From positions 16,666 to 80,665 of the forward strand of contig CAZACW010000002.1 of NCBI GenBank assembly GCA_964483785.1: 64,000 nt of DNA, given 5' to 3'. How positions within the stretch are numbered: the stretch's first letter is position 1; every line of letters begins with the position of its first letter. A model generated the notes under the pieces. That model ran no database searches. It worked only from the letters and a program-made list of their open reading frames with translations, and was not told the DNA's origin. A program made the position numbers and the translations under genes. The DNA is from an uncultured Planctomycetales bacterium (GTDB taxonomy: Bacteria > Omnitrophota > Gorgyraeia > Zapsychrales > Fredricksoniimonadaceae). Below are positions 9,648 to 19,324 of this stretch, in pieces.

Positions 9648-10205
9648 ATGAATCCTCCTCAAGACTCCTTAGACGAACGGGAATTTGAATTGGTCAATAT
9701 CGTAGGCGCCGAACTCGGTGCCAATCAACGGGTTTTGTCCAAGCAATTGGATATTTCCCTTGGCATGACCAATATGCTGATCCGCCGTTTGGTCTCCAAG
9801 GGCTATATCCGCATCCGGCAGTTAAACAAGAAAAAGACCCAGTATATCCTCACCCCCAAAGGCTTTGCCGAAAAATACCAAAAATCCATCCGTTATACCT
9901 TAAAAACCATCCGCTCCATCGGCCTGATCCGCAATCAGTTAAACATCGTCATCCAGCGTCTTTATCAGGACGGGGAAAGGGTCTTTTTTATCCTCGGCAG
10001 TTCAGACCTGGCGGAATTGGTGGAAATGTCCCTTAGACAGCCCCAATGGGAGGGCGTGCAATTTAGCCGCGTGGAGGCAATTTCCGGCCATCCCGAAGGG
10101 GTGATCTTAATTTGCAGGGAGCAGGTCGAGGCTGTACCGTCAACCCCGGGCCGCTATGTCGATTTACTCAAGGAGCTGGCCAGCCAAAACAGGGAAGGAA
10201 TATGA
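9648..10205 (+). CDS. Winged-helix (MarR-like) transcriptional regulator
   Basis: About 185-aa product. Its N-terminal LSKQLDISLGMTNMLIRRLVSKGYIRI segment has HTH/wing character. An alternative TTG start lies at 9636. Confidence 0.5.
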   Translation: MNPPQDSLDEREFELVNIVGAELGANQRVLSKQLDISLGMTNMLIRRLVSKGYIRIRQLNKKKTQYILTPKGFAEKYQKSIRYTLKTIRSIGLIRNQLNIVIQRLYQDGERVFFILGSSDLAELVEMSLRQPQWEGVQFSRVEAISGHPEGVILICREQVEAVPSTPGRYVDLLKELASQNREGI

Positions 10206-12274
10206 TGATGCCAAAATCCGTTCCGGTTTCCTTTGTCGATTTTTCGCACACCGGCAAGACCATTGACACCCGGTTTTTCCCGTTGGGTGTGGCCTATGTG
10301 GCGGCCTATGCCAAGGAGCTGTTTAAGGAGCTCATCGACGTGGCCATTTACAAATATCCCAATGAATATTCCGCTTATTTGGACCAGACCATCCCCCAGG
10401 TGGCCTGCTTTTCCAATTTTTCCTGGAATTTCCGGCTGGGCTATGAATACGCGCGCCAGATCAAATTAAAATCCCCGCAGTCGATCACGGTCTTCGGCGG
10501 CCCCAATTACGGCCACCTGCCCCAAGAGCAGGAACAATTCCTCAAAGACCATCCCTACATCGATTTTTACATCGTGGAAGAAGGCGAATTCACTTTCGCC
10601 GCCCTGCTTAAGGAATTGATCGCGCGTGATTTTAACATCGATGCGCTCCTGCAGGACCGCCCCGGCCTGCCGGGGATCCATTATTTCAAGAACGGCTCAT
10701 TTACGCGCAATGACACCCAGCCGCGCATTCAGGAGCTGTCCGTGATCCCCTCGCCCATCCTCAACGGCATGATGGACAAATTTATCGCTGAAGAGTATAT
10801 CCCCATGATCCAGACCACCCGGGGCTGTCCCTATTCCTGCACCTTCTGCCATGACGGCAATGTGTACCAGAATAAACTGAAGCGTTTCCCCACGTCGCGC
10901 TACCAGGAGGAGATTGAATATATCGCCCGGCGCACCAAGGTGCCGCATCTGATGATCACGGACTTGAATTTCGGGATCTTTGAGGAGGATTTTGAGACCG
11001 CCCAGTTTATCGCAGAGATCAAAAAGAAATACCAATGGCCGCAGACCGTGGATTTGACCGCGGCCAAGAACAACAAGGAGCGCATCGGCCGCATCGTCGA
11101 GCTTTTCGGCAACACCTATCTCATGGGCGCCTCGGTGCAGTCCACGGACCCCGAGGTCCTGACCGCCATCAAAAGGTCCAATCTGCCCTTTGAGGAATTG
11201 GTGAGGATGGCCAAGAAATCCGCCCAATTCGGGGGCAACAGCTATTCCGAGGTGATTCTCTGCCTGCCGGGCGATTCCAAAAGGGCACATTTTAAGTCGG
11301 TCCTGGATTTGATGGACGGGCACATGGATGAGGTGCGCATGTACCAGTTCATTTTGCTCGCCGGCACCGCCGGCGGCTCCAACGAGGCCAGGCTGAAATA
11401 CGGGTATAAGACCAAATGGCGGGCCTTGCCGCGCTGTTTCGGCAAATACAAGATCTTCGGCCGGGAATTTCCCATCGCGGAAATCCATGAGGTCTGCATC
11501 GAGCACAAGACCATGAGCCATCAGGATTATTTGGACTGCCGCAAATTAAACCTGATCGTCGAGATTTTCAACAACGGCAAGGTCTTCGGCGAATTGTTCA
11601 GGTTCTCCGATTATCTGGGCATGTCCCGGGCCACCATCATCCAGGAAATTTACAACCGCGCCGTGAAAGACCAGGGGGAGATGGGGAAAATTTTCAGGGA
11701 TTTCGAGGAGAGCGAGGAAAAGAGCTTTTTCCCGTCGCGCCAGGCCCTGGAAGATTTTATTGCTGTACCGGAAAATATCGACCGCTATTTAAGGGGCGAG
11801 ATCGGCATCAATCAGATCATGACCTTTCGCGGGGAGGCGCTGTTGAACCATTTTGACTATAACGCCCGGCTGATCTTTGATGTGGTGCGCGATGAGCTTA
11901 AAAAGACCAATCAGTGGGACGAGGTCAAGGCCCTGTATTTGGATGAGCTGTGCGCCTACATCCTGGCCTGCCGCGGCGATCTTTTGAGCATCGACAAGGA
12001 GATCGTGAAAACCTGCCATTTTGATTTCGTCAAACTGTACCTGGACAATTTCACGGCCAATCCGAAGGACGTGATGGTCCAGGAAGGCATCCAGATCATC
12101 ATCGGGCATTCGCCTGAGCGGCGCAGGGAAATCGAGGAGAATTTGAAATTATACGGGCGTTCCGGCGAGGGCCTGGGCCATTACATGCAGCGCGGGAATA
12201 TTTTCAGGCTTTACCGCGAGCCGCGCTACGCACACGCGCCCATGCTGAAGGCCCAAGGGGCCGAGGTCAATTAA
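10202..12274 (+). CDS. Cobalamin-binding (class B) radical-SAM enzyme, probable methyltransferase
   Basis: The N-terminal Rossmann-like B12-binding region is followed by a CxxxCxxC cluster (TTRGCPYSCTFCHDG). The product is about 690 aa. The start overlaps the regulator's stop. Confidence 0.7.
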   Translation: MMMPKSVPVSFVDFSHTGKTIDTRFFPLGVAYVAAYAKELFKELIDVAIYKYPNEYSAYLDQTIPQVACFSNFSWNFRLGYEYARQIKLKSPQSITVFGGPNYGHLPQEQEQFLKDHPYIDFYIVEEGEFTFAALLKELIARDFNIDALLQDRPGLPGIHYFKNGSFTRNDTQPRIQELSVIPSPILNGMMDKFIAEEYIPMIQTTRGCPYSCTFCHDGNVYQNKLKRFPTSRYQEEIEYIARRTKVPHLMITDLNFGIFEEDFETAQFIAEIKKKYQWPQTVDLTAAKNNKERIGRIVELFGNTYLMGASVQSTDPEVLTAIKRSNLPFEELVRMAKKSAQFGGNSYSEVILCLPGDSKRAHFKSVLDLMDGHMDEVRMYQFILLAGTAGGSNEARLKYGYKTKWRALPRCFGKYKIFGREFPIAEIHEVCIEHKTMSHQDYLDCRKLNLIVEIFNNGKVFGELFRFSDYLGMSRATIIQEIYNRAVKDQGEMGKIFRDFEESEEKSFFPSRQALEDFIAVPENIDRYLRGEIGINQIMTFRGEALLNHFDYNARLIFDVVRDELKKTNQWDEVKALYLDELCAYILACRGDLLSIDKEIVKTCHFDFVKLYLDNFTANPKDVMVQEGIQIIIGHSPERRREIEENLKLYGRSGEGLGHYMQRGNIFRLYREPRYAHAPMLKAQGAEVN

Positions 12275-13273
12275 ATGGGCCAAAACGTTTTAGTGACAGG
12301 CGGGGCAGGGTTTATCGGCAGTCATGTGGTGGACCGTCTCTTAAGCGGCGGGCACAAGGTCACAGTCATCGATAATCTCTCAACCGGCCGCTGGGCGAAT
12401 ATCGAGCATCATCAGGCCAATCCGGATTTGACCTTTATCGAGGCGGATATCGCTGACTTTAACGCCATCGAAGGGCATTTTAAGGGCCAGCAGGTCGTTT
12501 TTCATCTGGCGGCCCTGGCAGATATTGTGCCGTCGATCGTCAACCCCCGGGGATATTATGCCGCCAATGTTTTAGGCACCATGCATGTACTGGAAGCTTC
12601 CAGGCTCCATGGGGTGGGCAGGTTTGTTTATACAGCTTCTTCATCGTGCTACGGCATTCCGGCCAAGGAGCATTACCCCACGGCGGAAACAGCGCCCATC
12701 CACACGGAATATCCTTACGCGCTGACCAAATACTTAGGAGAAACAACGGCCTTTCATTGGGCCAAGGTGTACAAACTGCCGGTGGTTTCTTTAAGACTTT
12801 TCAATGTTTACGGCCCGCGTGCGCGCACCTCAGGCACCTACGGCGCGGTGTTCGGCGTATTCCTGACCCAAAAGCTCAACGCCAAACCCTATACGGTGGT
12901 CGGCGACGGCCAACAGACCCGTGATTTCATCTATGTCAGCGACGTGGCCGAGGCTTTTGTTGCCGCCGGATTTTCCGCGGTGCAGGGAGCAATTTTCAAC
13001 GTAGGCACGGGCAAGCCGCAAAGCATCAATCATTTGGTGTCCCTGCTGGGAGGCGCAAAGGTGCATATCCCCAAAAGGCCGGGCGAGCCGGAATGCACCT
13101 GGGCGGATATCCGCAAGATCCAGGCCCAACTGGGTTTCACCCCCAAGGTCTCATTTGAAGACGGGGTGCAGAAAATTTTGAAACACATCGACTATTGGCG
13201 CGAGGCCCCGGTTTGGACGCCGCAGAGCATTCAGGAAGCGACCCAGGACTGGTTTAAATACCTCGTCCGGTAA
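12275..13273 (+). CDS. NAD-dependent nucleotide-sugar epimerase/dehydratase (extended SDR)
   Basis: GGAGFIGS glycine-rich NAD motif at the N-terminus and a YxxxK catalytic region. The product is 332 aa. Confidence 0.8.
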   Translation: MGQNVLVTGGAGFIGSHVVDRLLSGGHKVTVIDNLSTGRWANIEHHQANPDLTFIEADIADFNAIEGHFKGQQVVFHLAALADIVPSIVNPRGYYAANVLGTMHVLEASRLHGVGRFVYTASSSCYGIPAKEHYPTAETAPIHTEYPYALTKYLGETTAFHWAKVYKLPVVSLRLFNVYGPRARTSGTYGAVFGVFLTQKLNAKPYTVVGDGQQTRDFIYVSDVAEAFVAAGFSAVQGAIFNVGTGKPQSINHLVSLLGGAKVHIPKRPGEPECTWADIRKIQAQLGFTPKVSFEDGVQKILKHIDYWREAPVWTPQSIQEATQDWFKYLVR

Positions 13274-13312
13274 GCGATGATTATGGGCATTTGTTTGGTT
13301 CTTTTTGCTTCT

Positions 13313-13408
13313 CATCGGGTGGCCGAGGGAGGGGTCTACCCGCCGCGCGCAGGCTTTTGCGAGCACGGCGGGGAAACCCGAGGCCAGGACCCGATGAGTT
13401 GCTGAACA
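13313..13408 (+). other. Intergenic stem-loop (CTCATCGGGT ... ACCCGATGAG) enclosing about 75 nt of GC-rich sequence
   Basis: A 10-bp perfect inverted repeat lies in the 166-nt gap between the two epimerase genes. Confidence 0.3.
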
Positions 13409-13439
13409 GGATCGACTAAGGAAAGGACAATACACCATC

Positions 13440-14465
13440 ATGAACAAGATCAAGACGGTTTTAGTGACAGGCGGGGCCGGGTACGTCGGAGCGGTGCTGG
13501 TGCCGAAGCTTTTGGACAAAGGGTACACGGTCAAGGTGCTGGATTTGTACACCTATGGCGAGGATATTTTCGATGAGATCAAGGACAGGTCCAAGTTGGT
13601 CGAAATCAAGGGCGATATCTGCGACCAGGCCCTGCTGCGTCAATCTTTGCAAGGAACTGATGCGGTCATCCATCTGGCCTGCATTTCCAATGATCCTTCC
13701 TTTGAATTGAACCCGGAATTAAGTTTGAAGGTCAATTATGAGGCCTTTGAGCCCTTGGTCAAGATCAGCCGGGAAAGCGGGGTGAAGCGCTTCATTTACG
13801 CTTCCACCTGCAGCGTCTACGGCGTCAGCGACGCGCCCGAGGTGACCGAAGACCATCCGCTTCTGCCTATTACGGATTACAACAAGTATAAGGGCCTCTG
13901 CGAACCGATCTTGGCCCGCTACCAGTCCCCGGATTTTACCACCATCACCATCCGGCCGGCCACGGTCTGCGGCTATTCGCCCCGTCAGCGCTTTGATCTG
14001 ACGGTCAATATTCTGACTAATCATGCCTATCATAACAACCGCATCAAGGTCTTTGGCGGCAAGCAGGAGCGCCCCAATATCCATATCGGCGATATCACCA
14101 ACCTTTATGTGCAATTGTTGGAACTGCCCGAGGCCAAGATCGCCGGCAAGATCTACAACGCCGGCTTTCAAAACCGCGCGGTGGCGGATATCGCCCTCAT
14201 CGTGCAGAAGATCATGGCCCAGGAATTTCCGCAGAGGCCCCAGGCCGTGATCGAGACCGTGCCTTCGGATGATATCCGCTCCTACCGGATCTCCTCGGAG
14301 AAGATCAAAAGGGAGCTGGGGTTTGTGCCCGCATTTACCATCGAGGACGCGGTGAAGGACCTGATCAAAGCGTTGAAGGCTGGAAAATACCAGGACCCCA
14401 TGAACAATCCGCGCTATTTCAACATCAAGATGCTTAAATCCATGGAAGCGCAGGCCCAGGTTTAA
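13440..14465 (+). CDS. NAD-dependent nucleotide-sugar epimerase/dehydratase (extended SDR)
   Basis: TGGAGYVG motif. The product is 341 aa. Confidence 0.8.
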   Translation: MNKIKTVLVTGGAGYVGAVLVPKLLDKGYTVKVLDLYTYGEDIFDEIKDRSKLVEIKGDICDQALLRQSLQGTDAVIHLACISNDPSFELNPELSLKVNYEAFEPLVKISRESGVKRFIYASTCSVYGVSDAPEVTEDHPLLPITDYNKYKGLCEPILARYQSPDFTTITIRPATVCGYSPRQRFDLTVNILTNHAYHNNRIKVFGGKQERPNIHIGDITNLYVQLLELPEAKIAGKIYNAGFQNRAVADIALIVQKIMAQEFPQRPQAVIETVPSDDIRSYRISSEKIKRELGFVPAFTIEDAVKDLIKALKAGKYQDPMNNPRYFNIKMLKSMEAQAQV

Positions 14466-14475
14466 AGGACCCTTT

Positions 14476-16011
14476 ATGGACGAGAAAATCAGCAGAAAAA
14501 TCCTGCCGCTCAAAGAGCTGGCCAAACGCATCGAGGACAATAAGGCCAAGGGCCGCAAGGTGGTGCAGTGCCACGGGGTTTTTGACATCGTGCATCTGGG
14601 CCATGTGCGCCATTTTAACATGGCCAAAAAAGAGGGGGATGTCCTTTTGGTCACCCTCACCGCCGACCGTTTTGTCAAGCGGGGGCCGGGCCGGCCGATC
14701 TTCAATGAGGCCCTGCGCGCCGAGCATTTGGCCTCCTTGGCCATGGTGGATTTTGTCGGCATCATCGAGTCGGCGACGGCCACGGAATGCATCAAGATCC
14801 TCAAGCCCAATTTTTACGCCAAGGGCGTTGAATACAAAAACCACAGCCAGGACATCACGGGCAAGATCTCCGAGGAAGAAGAGGCCATCCAGTCCGTCGG
14901 CGGCAAGGTCGTCTACACCGATGATATCACCTTCAGCTCTTCCCAGATCATCAACTCGTACCTGGACGTGTTTCCTCAGCGGACCGTGCGCTATCTGCAG
15001 GCCATTGAGAAGCGTTTCCCCATTGAAACGATCATCGCCTCGATCGAGAAGATCAAAAGACTCAAGGCCCTGGTGATCGGGGATGCCATTATCGATGAGT
15101 ACCATTACTGCGTGCCCATGGGCAAGTCCTCCAAGGAACATTTGGTGGTCAACCGCTACACCTCCGAAGAGATGTTTGCCGGCGGAAGTCTGGCCACGGC
15201 CAATAATGTGGCCAGCATCTGCGGCCAGGTGGATTTGGTCACCATCCTGGGCCGGGAGAACACCAAGGAAGATTTCATCCGCAGCCGCCTGGCGCCCAAT
15301 GTCAAGCCGCGCTTCTTCTATCGGCCGGACACCAATACCATCATCAAGCGCCGTTTTGTCGGCGAGAACGCCAACCGCAAGCTCTTTGAAATCTGTTACA
15401 TGAAGGACAATGATATTGCCAGGAGGGAAGAATCCAATATCGCCCGGCACTTGGACAAGGTGATCGCGGATTATGATGTGGTGATCGTCTCGGATTTCGG
15501 CCACGGCCTTTTGACTAAGAATCTGATTGACCTGATCTGCGCCAAGTCCAAATACCTGGCGGTGAATGCCCAGACCAACAGCGCCAATATCGGCTTTAAT
15601 ATGGTCACCAAATATCCGCGGGCCAACTGCGTCTGCATCGACGAGCTGGAACTGCGCTTTGCCGCGCATGATAAATTCAACGATCTGCGCGAGCTGGCCA
15701 AGACCGTTTACAGCCAAATCGGCTGCCAATACATCATTGCCACCCGGGGCTCCTACGGGTCCCTGAGCTATTCCCAAGAGCATGGTTTCCATGAAACGCC
15801 GGCCTTTTCCTACCGTGTGGTGGATGCCATCGGCGCGGGGGACGCCTTTTTCGCCTTTGTGGCCCCGTGTTTTGCCAGCGGCATGCCGCAGGAACTGGTG
15901 TCCTTTATCGGCAACGCGGTGGGGTCCTTGGCTGTGCAGATCGTCTGCAACCGCGAACCGGTGAAGACCGTGGATTTGATCAAATTTATGACGAGATTGC
16001 TGAAATGCTAA
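14476..16011 (+). CDS. Bifunctional sugar-phosphate nucleotidyltransferase plus PfkB-family sugar kinase. It is HldE/RfaE-like but with the domain order reversed.
   Basis: The N-terminal HGVFDIVHLGH motif is the HxGH cytidylyl/adenylyltransferase motif. The C-terminus has the PfkB kinase GAGD motif (DAIGAGDAF). Confidence 0.65.
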   Translation: MDEKISRKILPLKELAKRIEDNKAKGRKVVQCHGVFDIVHLGHVRHFNMAKKEGDVLLVTLTADRFVKRGPGRPIFNEALRAEHLASLAMVDFVGIIESATATECIKILKPNFYAKGVEYKNHSQDITGKISEEEEAIQSVGGKVVYTDDITFSSSQIINSYLDVFPQRTVRYLQAIEKRFPIETIIASIEKIKRLKALVIGDAIIDEYHYCVPMGKSSKEHLVVNRYTSEEMFAGGSLATANNVASICGQVDLVTILGRENTKEDFIRSRLAPNVKPRFFYRPDTNTIIKRRFVGENANRKLFEICYMKDNDIARREESNIARHLDKVIADYDVVIVSDFGHGLLTKNLIDLICAKSKYLAVNAQTNSANIGFNMVTKYPRANCVCIDELELRFAAHDKFNDLRELAKTVYSQIGCQYIIATRGSYGSLSYSQEHGFHETPAFSYRVVDAIGAGDAFFAFVAPCFASGMPQELVSFIGNAVGSLAVQIVCNREPVKTVDLIKFMTRLLKC

Positions 16012-17132
16012 ACAAAATCAAAATTCCCTATACGCATTTGGGGGCCCAGCACGCTAGGATCAAGCAGAGGCTGATGGCGGCCGTGGAAGAGGTCTTGGAA
16101 AGCGGCAAATTCATCCTGGGCCCGCCGGTCGAGGCCTTTGAGGCCCGCTTCGCGTCATTGTGCGGCAGGAAATTTGCCGTCGGCGTCGGCAACGGCACGG
16201 ACGCCCTGGTCCTGGCCTTAAAAATTTTAGGCATCGGGCCCGGCGATGAAGTGATCACCGTGGCCAATACCTTTGTTTCAACGGTCAGCAGTATTGTGAT
16301 GGCAGGGGCAAGGCCGGTATTCGTCGATGTCCGGGACGATTACAATATCGACCCTGGTCTCGTCGAGAAGGCCATCACCCCTCGGACCAAGGCCATTTTA
16401 CCCGTGCATTTGACCGGCCGGCCGGCGGACATGGACCCGCTCATGGCCCTGGCCAGGCAGTACGGCTTGAAGGTGGTCGAAGACTGTGCCCAGGCCGTCG
16501 GCGCCCAGTATAAGGGCCAGAAGGTTGGCAGTTTCAGCGATATCGCGTGCTTTAGCCTTCATCCTTTGAAAATCCTCAATGCCTGCGGCGACGGCGGGGT
16601 GATGGTCACGGATAATCCGCAATATGAGGCTGCATGCAGGGTCCTGCGCGATAACGGCATGAAGGACCGCGGTGAATGCGCGGCCTTTTCCAGCAATTCC
16701 AGGCTGGACTCCATCCAGGCCGCCATTTTGCTGGTGAAAATGGATTATATCGAGGCCTGGACCCAGAAGAGAATCGCCAACGCGCAATTCTACCAGCAGG
16801 CCTTGGCCAAGATGGAGCATATCCATTGTCCGGCTGACCAGCCTTACGTAAAATCCGTATACTCGTCCTTTGTGATCCAGGCCAAGCAGCGCGATCAGCT
16901 TAAAAGTTTTCTCGAGGAGAAGGGGATCGCCACCAAGATCCATTATCCCATCCCTGTGCATTTACAGCCTGCGGCGCAAAGCCTTGGCTACAGGCAGGGG
17001 GATTTGCCGGTGACGGAAAAACAAGCCCGGCAAATCCTAAGCCTTCCGGTTTATCCGGAGTTGACCCAGGAAGAACTTAAAGAAATTGTCCGGTTATTGG
17101 GGGCATTTGATCTGGAGAAAGTCAACGCATGA
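16005..17132 (+). CDS. DegT/DnrJ/EryC1/StrS-family PLP-dependent sugar aminotransferase
   Basis: GxGDEVI motif, a conserved lysine region and a length of about 375 aa. The start overlaps the previous gene. Confidence 0.85.
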   Translation: MLNKIKIPYTHLGAQHARIKQRLMAAVEEVLESGKFILGPPVEAFEARFASLCGRKFAVGVGNGTDALVLALKILGIGPGDEVITVANTFVSTVSSIVMAGARPVFVDVRDDYNIDPGLVEKAITPRTKAILPVHLTGRPADMDPLMALARQYGLKVVEDCAQAVGAQYKGQKVGSFSDIACFSLHPLKILNACGDGGVMVTDNPQYEAACRVLRDNGMKDRGECAAFSSNSRLDSIQAAILLVKMDYIEAWTQKRIANAQFYQQALAKMEHIHCPADQPYVKSVYSSFVIQAKQRDQLKSFLEEKGIATKIHYPIPVHLQPAAQSLGYRQGDLPVTEKQARQILSLPVYPELTQEELKEIVRLLGAFDLEKVNA

Positions 17133-18232
17133 AGGTGCCTTATTCGTATTTAAAAGAGCAATTCGCCGATATCAGCCCGTATTTAAACGGGATGAAAAAA
17201 TTGGTGCGAAGCGAGGATTTGACCCTGGGCAAGCCGGTCGGCGAGTTTGAAGGCCGCTTCGCCAAACTTACGGGCCTGCCCTATGCTGTGGGTGTTAGCA
17301 CCGGCACGGACGCGCTGATTTTGTCGTTGAAAATTTTAGGCATCGGGCCCGGGGATGAGGTGATCACCACCCCCAATACCTTTATCGCGACAGTGGGGGC
17401 CATTGCCATGACCGGCGCCAGGCCGGTGTTTGTGGATAATAACGACGAGCATACGATCGACGCGGATAAAATCGAGCGGGCCATAACCCGCCGCACCAAG
17501 GCCATCCTGCCCGTGCATTTAAGCGGAACGCCGGCGGATATGCCGGCCATCATGACCATTGCCCGCCGTCACGGCCTGCATGTCGTGGAGGACGCGGCCC
17601 AGGCCATCCTGGCCTCCATTGACGGCAAGCATGTCGGCTCCTGGGGAGCGGCCGCGGGTTTCAGCCTTCATCCGTTGAAAAATTTGAACGTCTGGGGCGA
17701 CGGAGGCATGATTGTGACGCGCTCCAAGTCCCTGTACCGGAAACTAAGGCTGCTGCGCAATCACGGCTTGGTCAGCCGGGACAAGGTGGAATTCTTCGGC
17801 CATAATTGCCGCCTGGATTCCCTGCAAGCCGTGATCGCCAACCGCCTGATCACGCAGGCCCATGCGATCACCCAGCGGCGCATACGCCATGCCGAGTTTT
17901 ATGACCGCGCGTTAAGTTCCTTGTCCGGGGCCATCAAGGTGCCGCCCCGGCGCAAGAACGTGCAGAGGGTCTACCATACCTATGTCATCCATGCCAGGCG
18001 CCGCGATGCGTTGTTAAAATATCTGCTGGCCAAGGGCATCAGCGCCAAGGTGCATTATCCGATACCCTTGCACCTGCAAAAGGCGGCCAGGTATTTGGGT
18101 TATAAAAAAGGGGATTTTCCCGTCTGTGAAGCGCATTGCAGGGACATCATCACCCTGCCGGTGCACCAGCATCTGACCCAGGGTCAGCTGGATTATGTGA
18201 AGGACTGCATCCATCGGTTTTACCGAAGCTGA
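17129..18232 (+). CDS. DegT/DnrJ/EryC1/StrS-family sugar aminotransferase (second paralogue)
   Basis: Same family motifs as the first DegT gene. It has a 4-nt overlap with the upstream gene. Confidence 0.85.
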   Translation: MKVPYSYLKEQFADISPYLNGMKKLVRSEDLTLGKPVGEFEGRFAKLTGLPYAVGVSTGTDALILSLKILGIGPGDEVITTPNTFIATVGAIAMTGARPVFVDNNDEHTIDADKIERAITRRTKAILPVHLSGTPADMPAIMTIARRHGLHVVEDAAQAILASIDGKHVGSWGAAAGFSLHPLKNLNVWGDGGMIVTRSKSLYRKLRLLRNHGLVSRDKVEFFGHNCRLDSLQAVIANRLITQAHAITQRRIRHAEFYDRALSSLSGAIKVPPRRKNVQRVYHTYVIHARRRDALLKYLLAKGISAKVHYPIPLHLQKAARYLGYKKGDFPVCEAHCRDIITLPVHQHLTQGQLDYVKDCIHRFYRS

Positions 18233-18250
18233 TTGTTGGGAGCCAAGGCC

Positions 18251-19324
18251 ATGAATACATCGTTAGCAGATAACAGCCAGTTGAGCGAAGAGCAGGTGAT
18301 CAAGGCGGCCCAGGAAGGCCTGGGGCAGAAGGTGCTGGCTGTTTCTAAAATCGGCAAGGGCAGAAACAGCAAGGTCTACCAGATTACATGCCCCGACGGG
18401 CAGTATGCGGCCAAATTTTATTTTCAACATGCTTCCGATACCCGTGACCGCATGGGCACGGAATACGGGAGTTTTTCATTTTTGTGGGAACAAGGCTTGC
18501 GGGTGGTGCCCAGGCCCGTGGCCTTGATCAAGTCCCAGGGCTGCGCCTTTTATGAATTTATTTGCGGTTCATCCATGGCCGGGGACAAGACCAAGGCAGA
18601 CGTGGATGCTGCCGCGGATTTTTTGGAAACCCTGGCCCGCTTGTCCGCCAAGGCCCAGAGCGGGGAATTTGCCGCGGCCTCGGCCGCCTGTTTCAGTTTC
18701 AATGATTGCGTGCAGAACATCCAGGGCCGGCTAGACCGCATCCAGATCCAGCAGGGCGCAGGGGAATATGATCTGCTGCACCGGTATCTGAGGGAAGAAT
18801 TCATCCCCTTGTTTAAGACAGTGTCCGCATGGTCCCTGGCTCATCTCCAGGAACAGGGGATCACCGGGGATCAGATCATCCCCAGGACGTACCAGACCTT
18901 GAGCCCGTCGGATTTTGGTTTCCACAATGCCCTGCGCCAAAGCGAAGGCAGGATCGTATTTTTGGATTTTGAATATTTCGGCTGGGATGATCCGGCTAAA
19001 ATGACCGCGGATTTTCTTTGGCACCCTAATCCCGCGATGAATTTGAAGGAAGACCTGAAAAACCATTTTGTCCGGCGCATGGCCGCGATTTTCGGCAAGG
19101 ACCCGCATTTTAAAACAAGATTGCAATGGCTTTATCCTGTCTTTGGCCTGATGTGGTCCTTGATCTGTTTAAACGAATTCATCACCGTGGACGCCCAGCG
19201 CCGCGGTTTTGCCCAGCCCCAGGTCAAAAACAGCAGCGCGGTGCGGCTGCAGCAGCTGGATGAGGCCAAACGCGTCAGCGACAAGATCAAACGCAGTTAT
19301 TTGGATTTTCCTTATGCCTACTAA
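18251..19324 (+). CDS. Phosphotransferase-family kinase with an APH/choline-kinase-like fold
   Basis: Brenner-like motif region (DFGFHNAL) and a DFEYFGWDD metal-binding motif. An alternative TTG start lies at 18233. Confidence 0.55.
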   Translation: MNTSLADNSQLSEEQVIKAAQEGLGQKVLAVSKIGKGRNSKVYQITCPDGQYAAKFYFQHASDTRDRMGTEYGSFSFLWEQGLRVVPRPVALIKSQGCAFYEFICGSSMAGDKTKADVDAAADFLETLARLSAKAQSGEFAAASAACFSFNDCVQNIQGRLDRIQIQQGAGEYDLLHRYLREEFIPLFKTVSAWSLAHLQEQGITGDQIIPRTYQTLSPSDFGFHNALRQSEGRIVFLDFEYFGWDDPAKMTADFLWHPNPAMNLKEDLKNHFVRRMAAIFGKDPHFKTRLQWLYPVFGLMWSLICLNEFITVDAQRRGFAQPQVKNSSAVRLQQLDEAKRVSDKIKRSYLDFPYAY

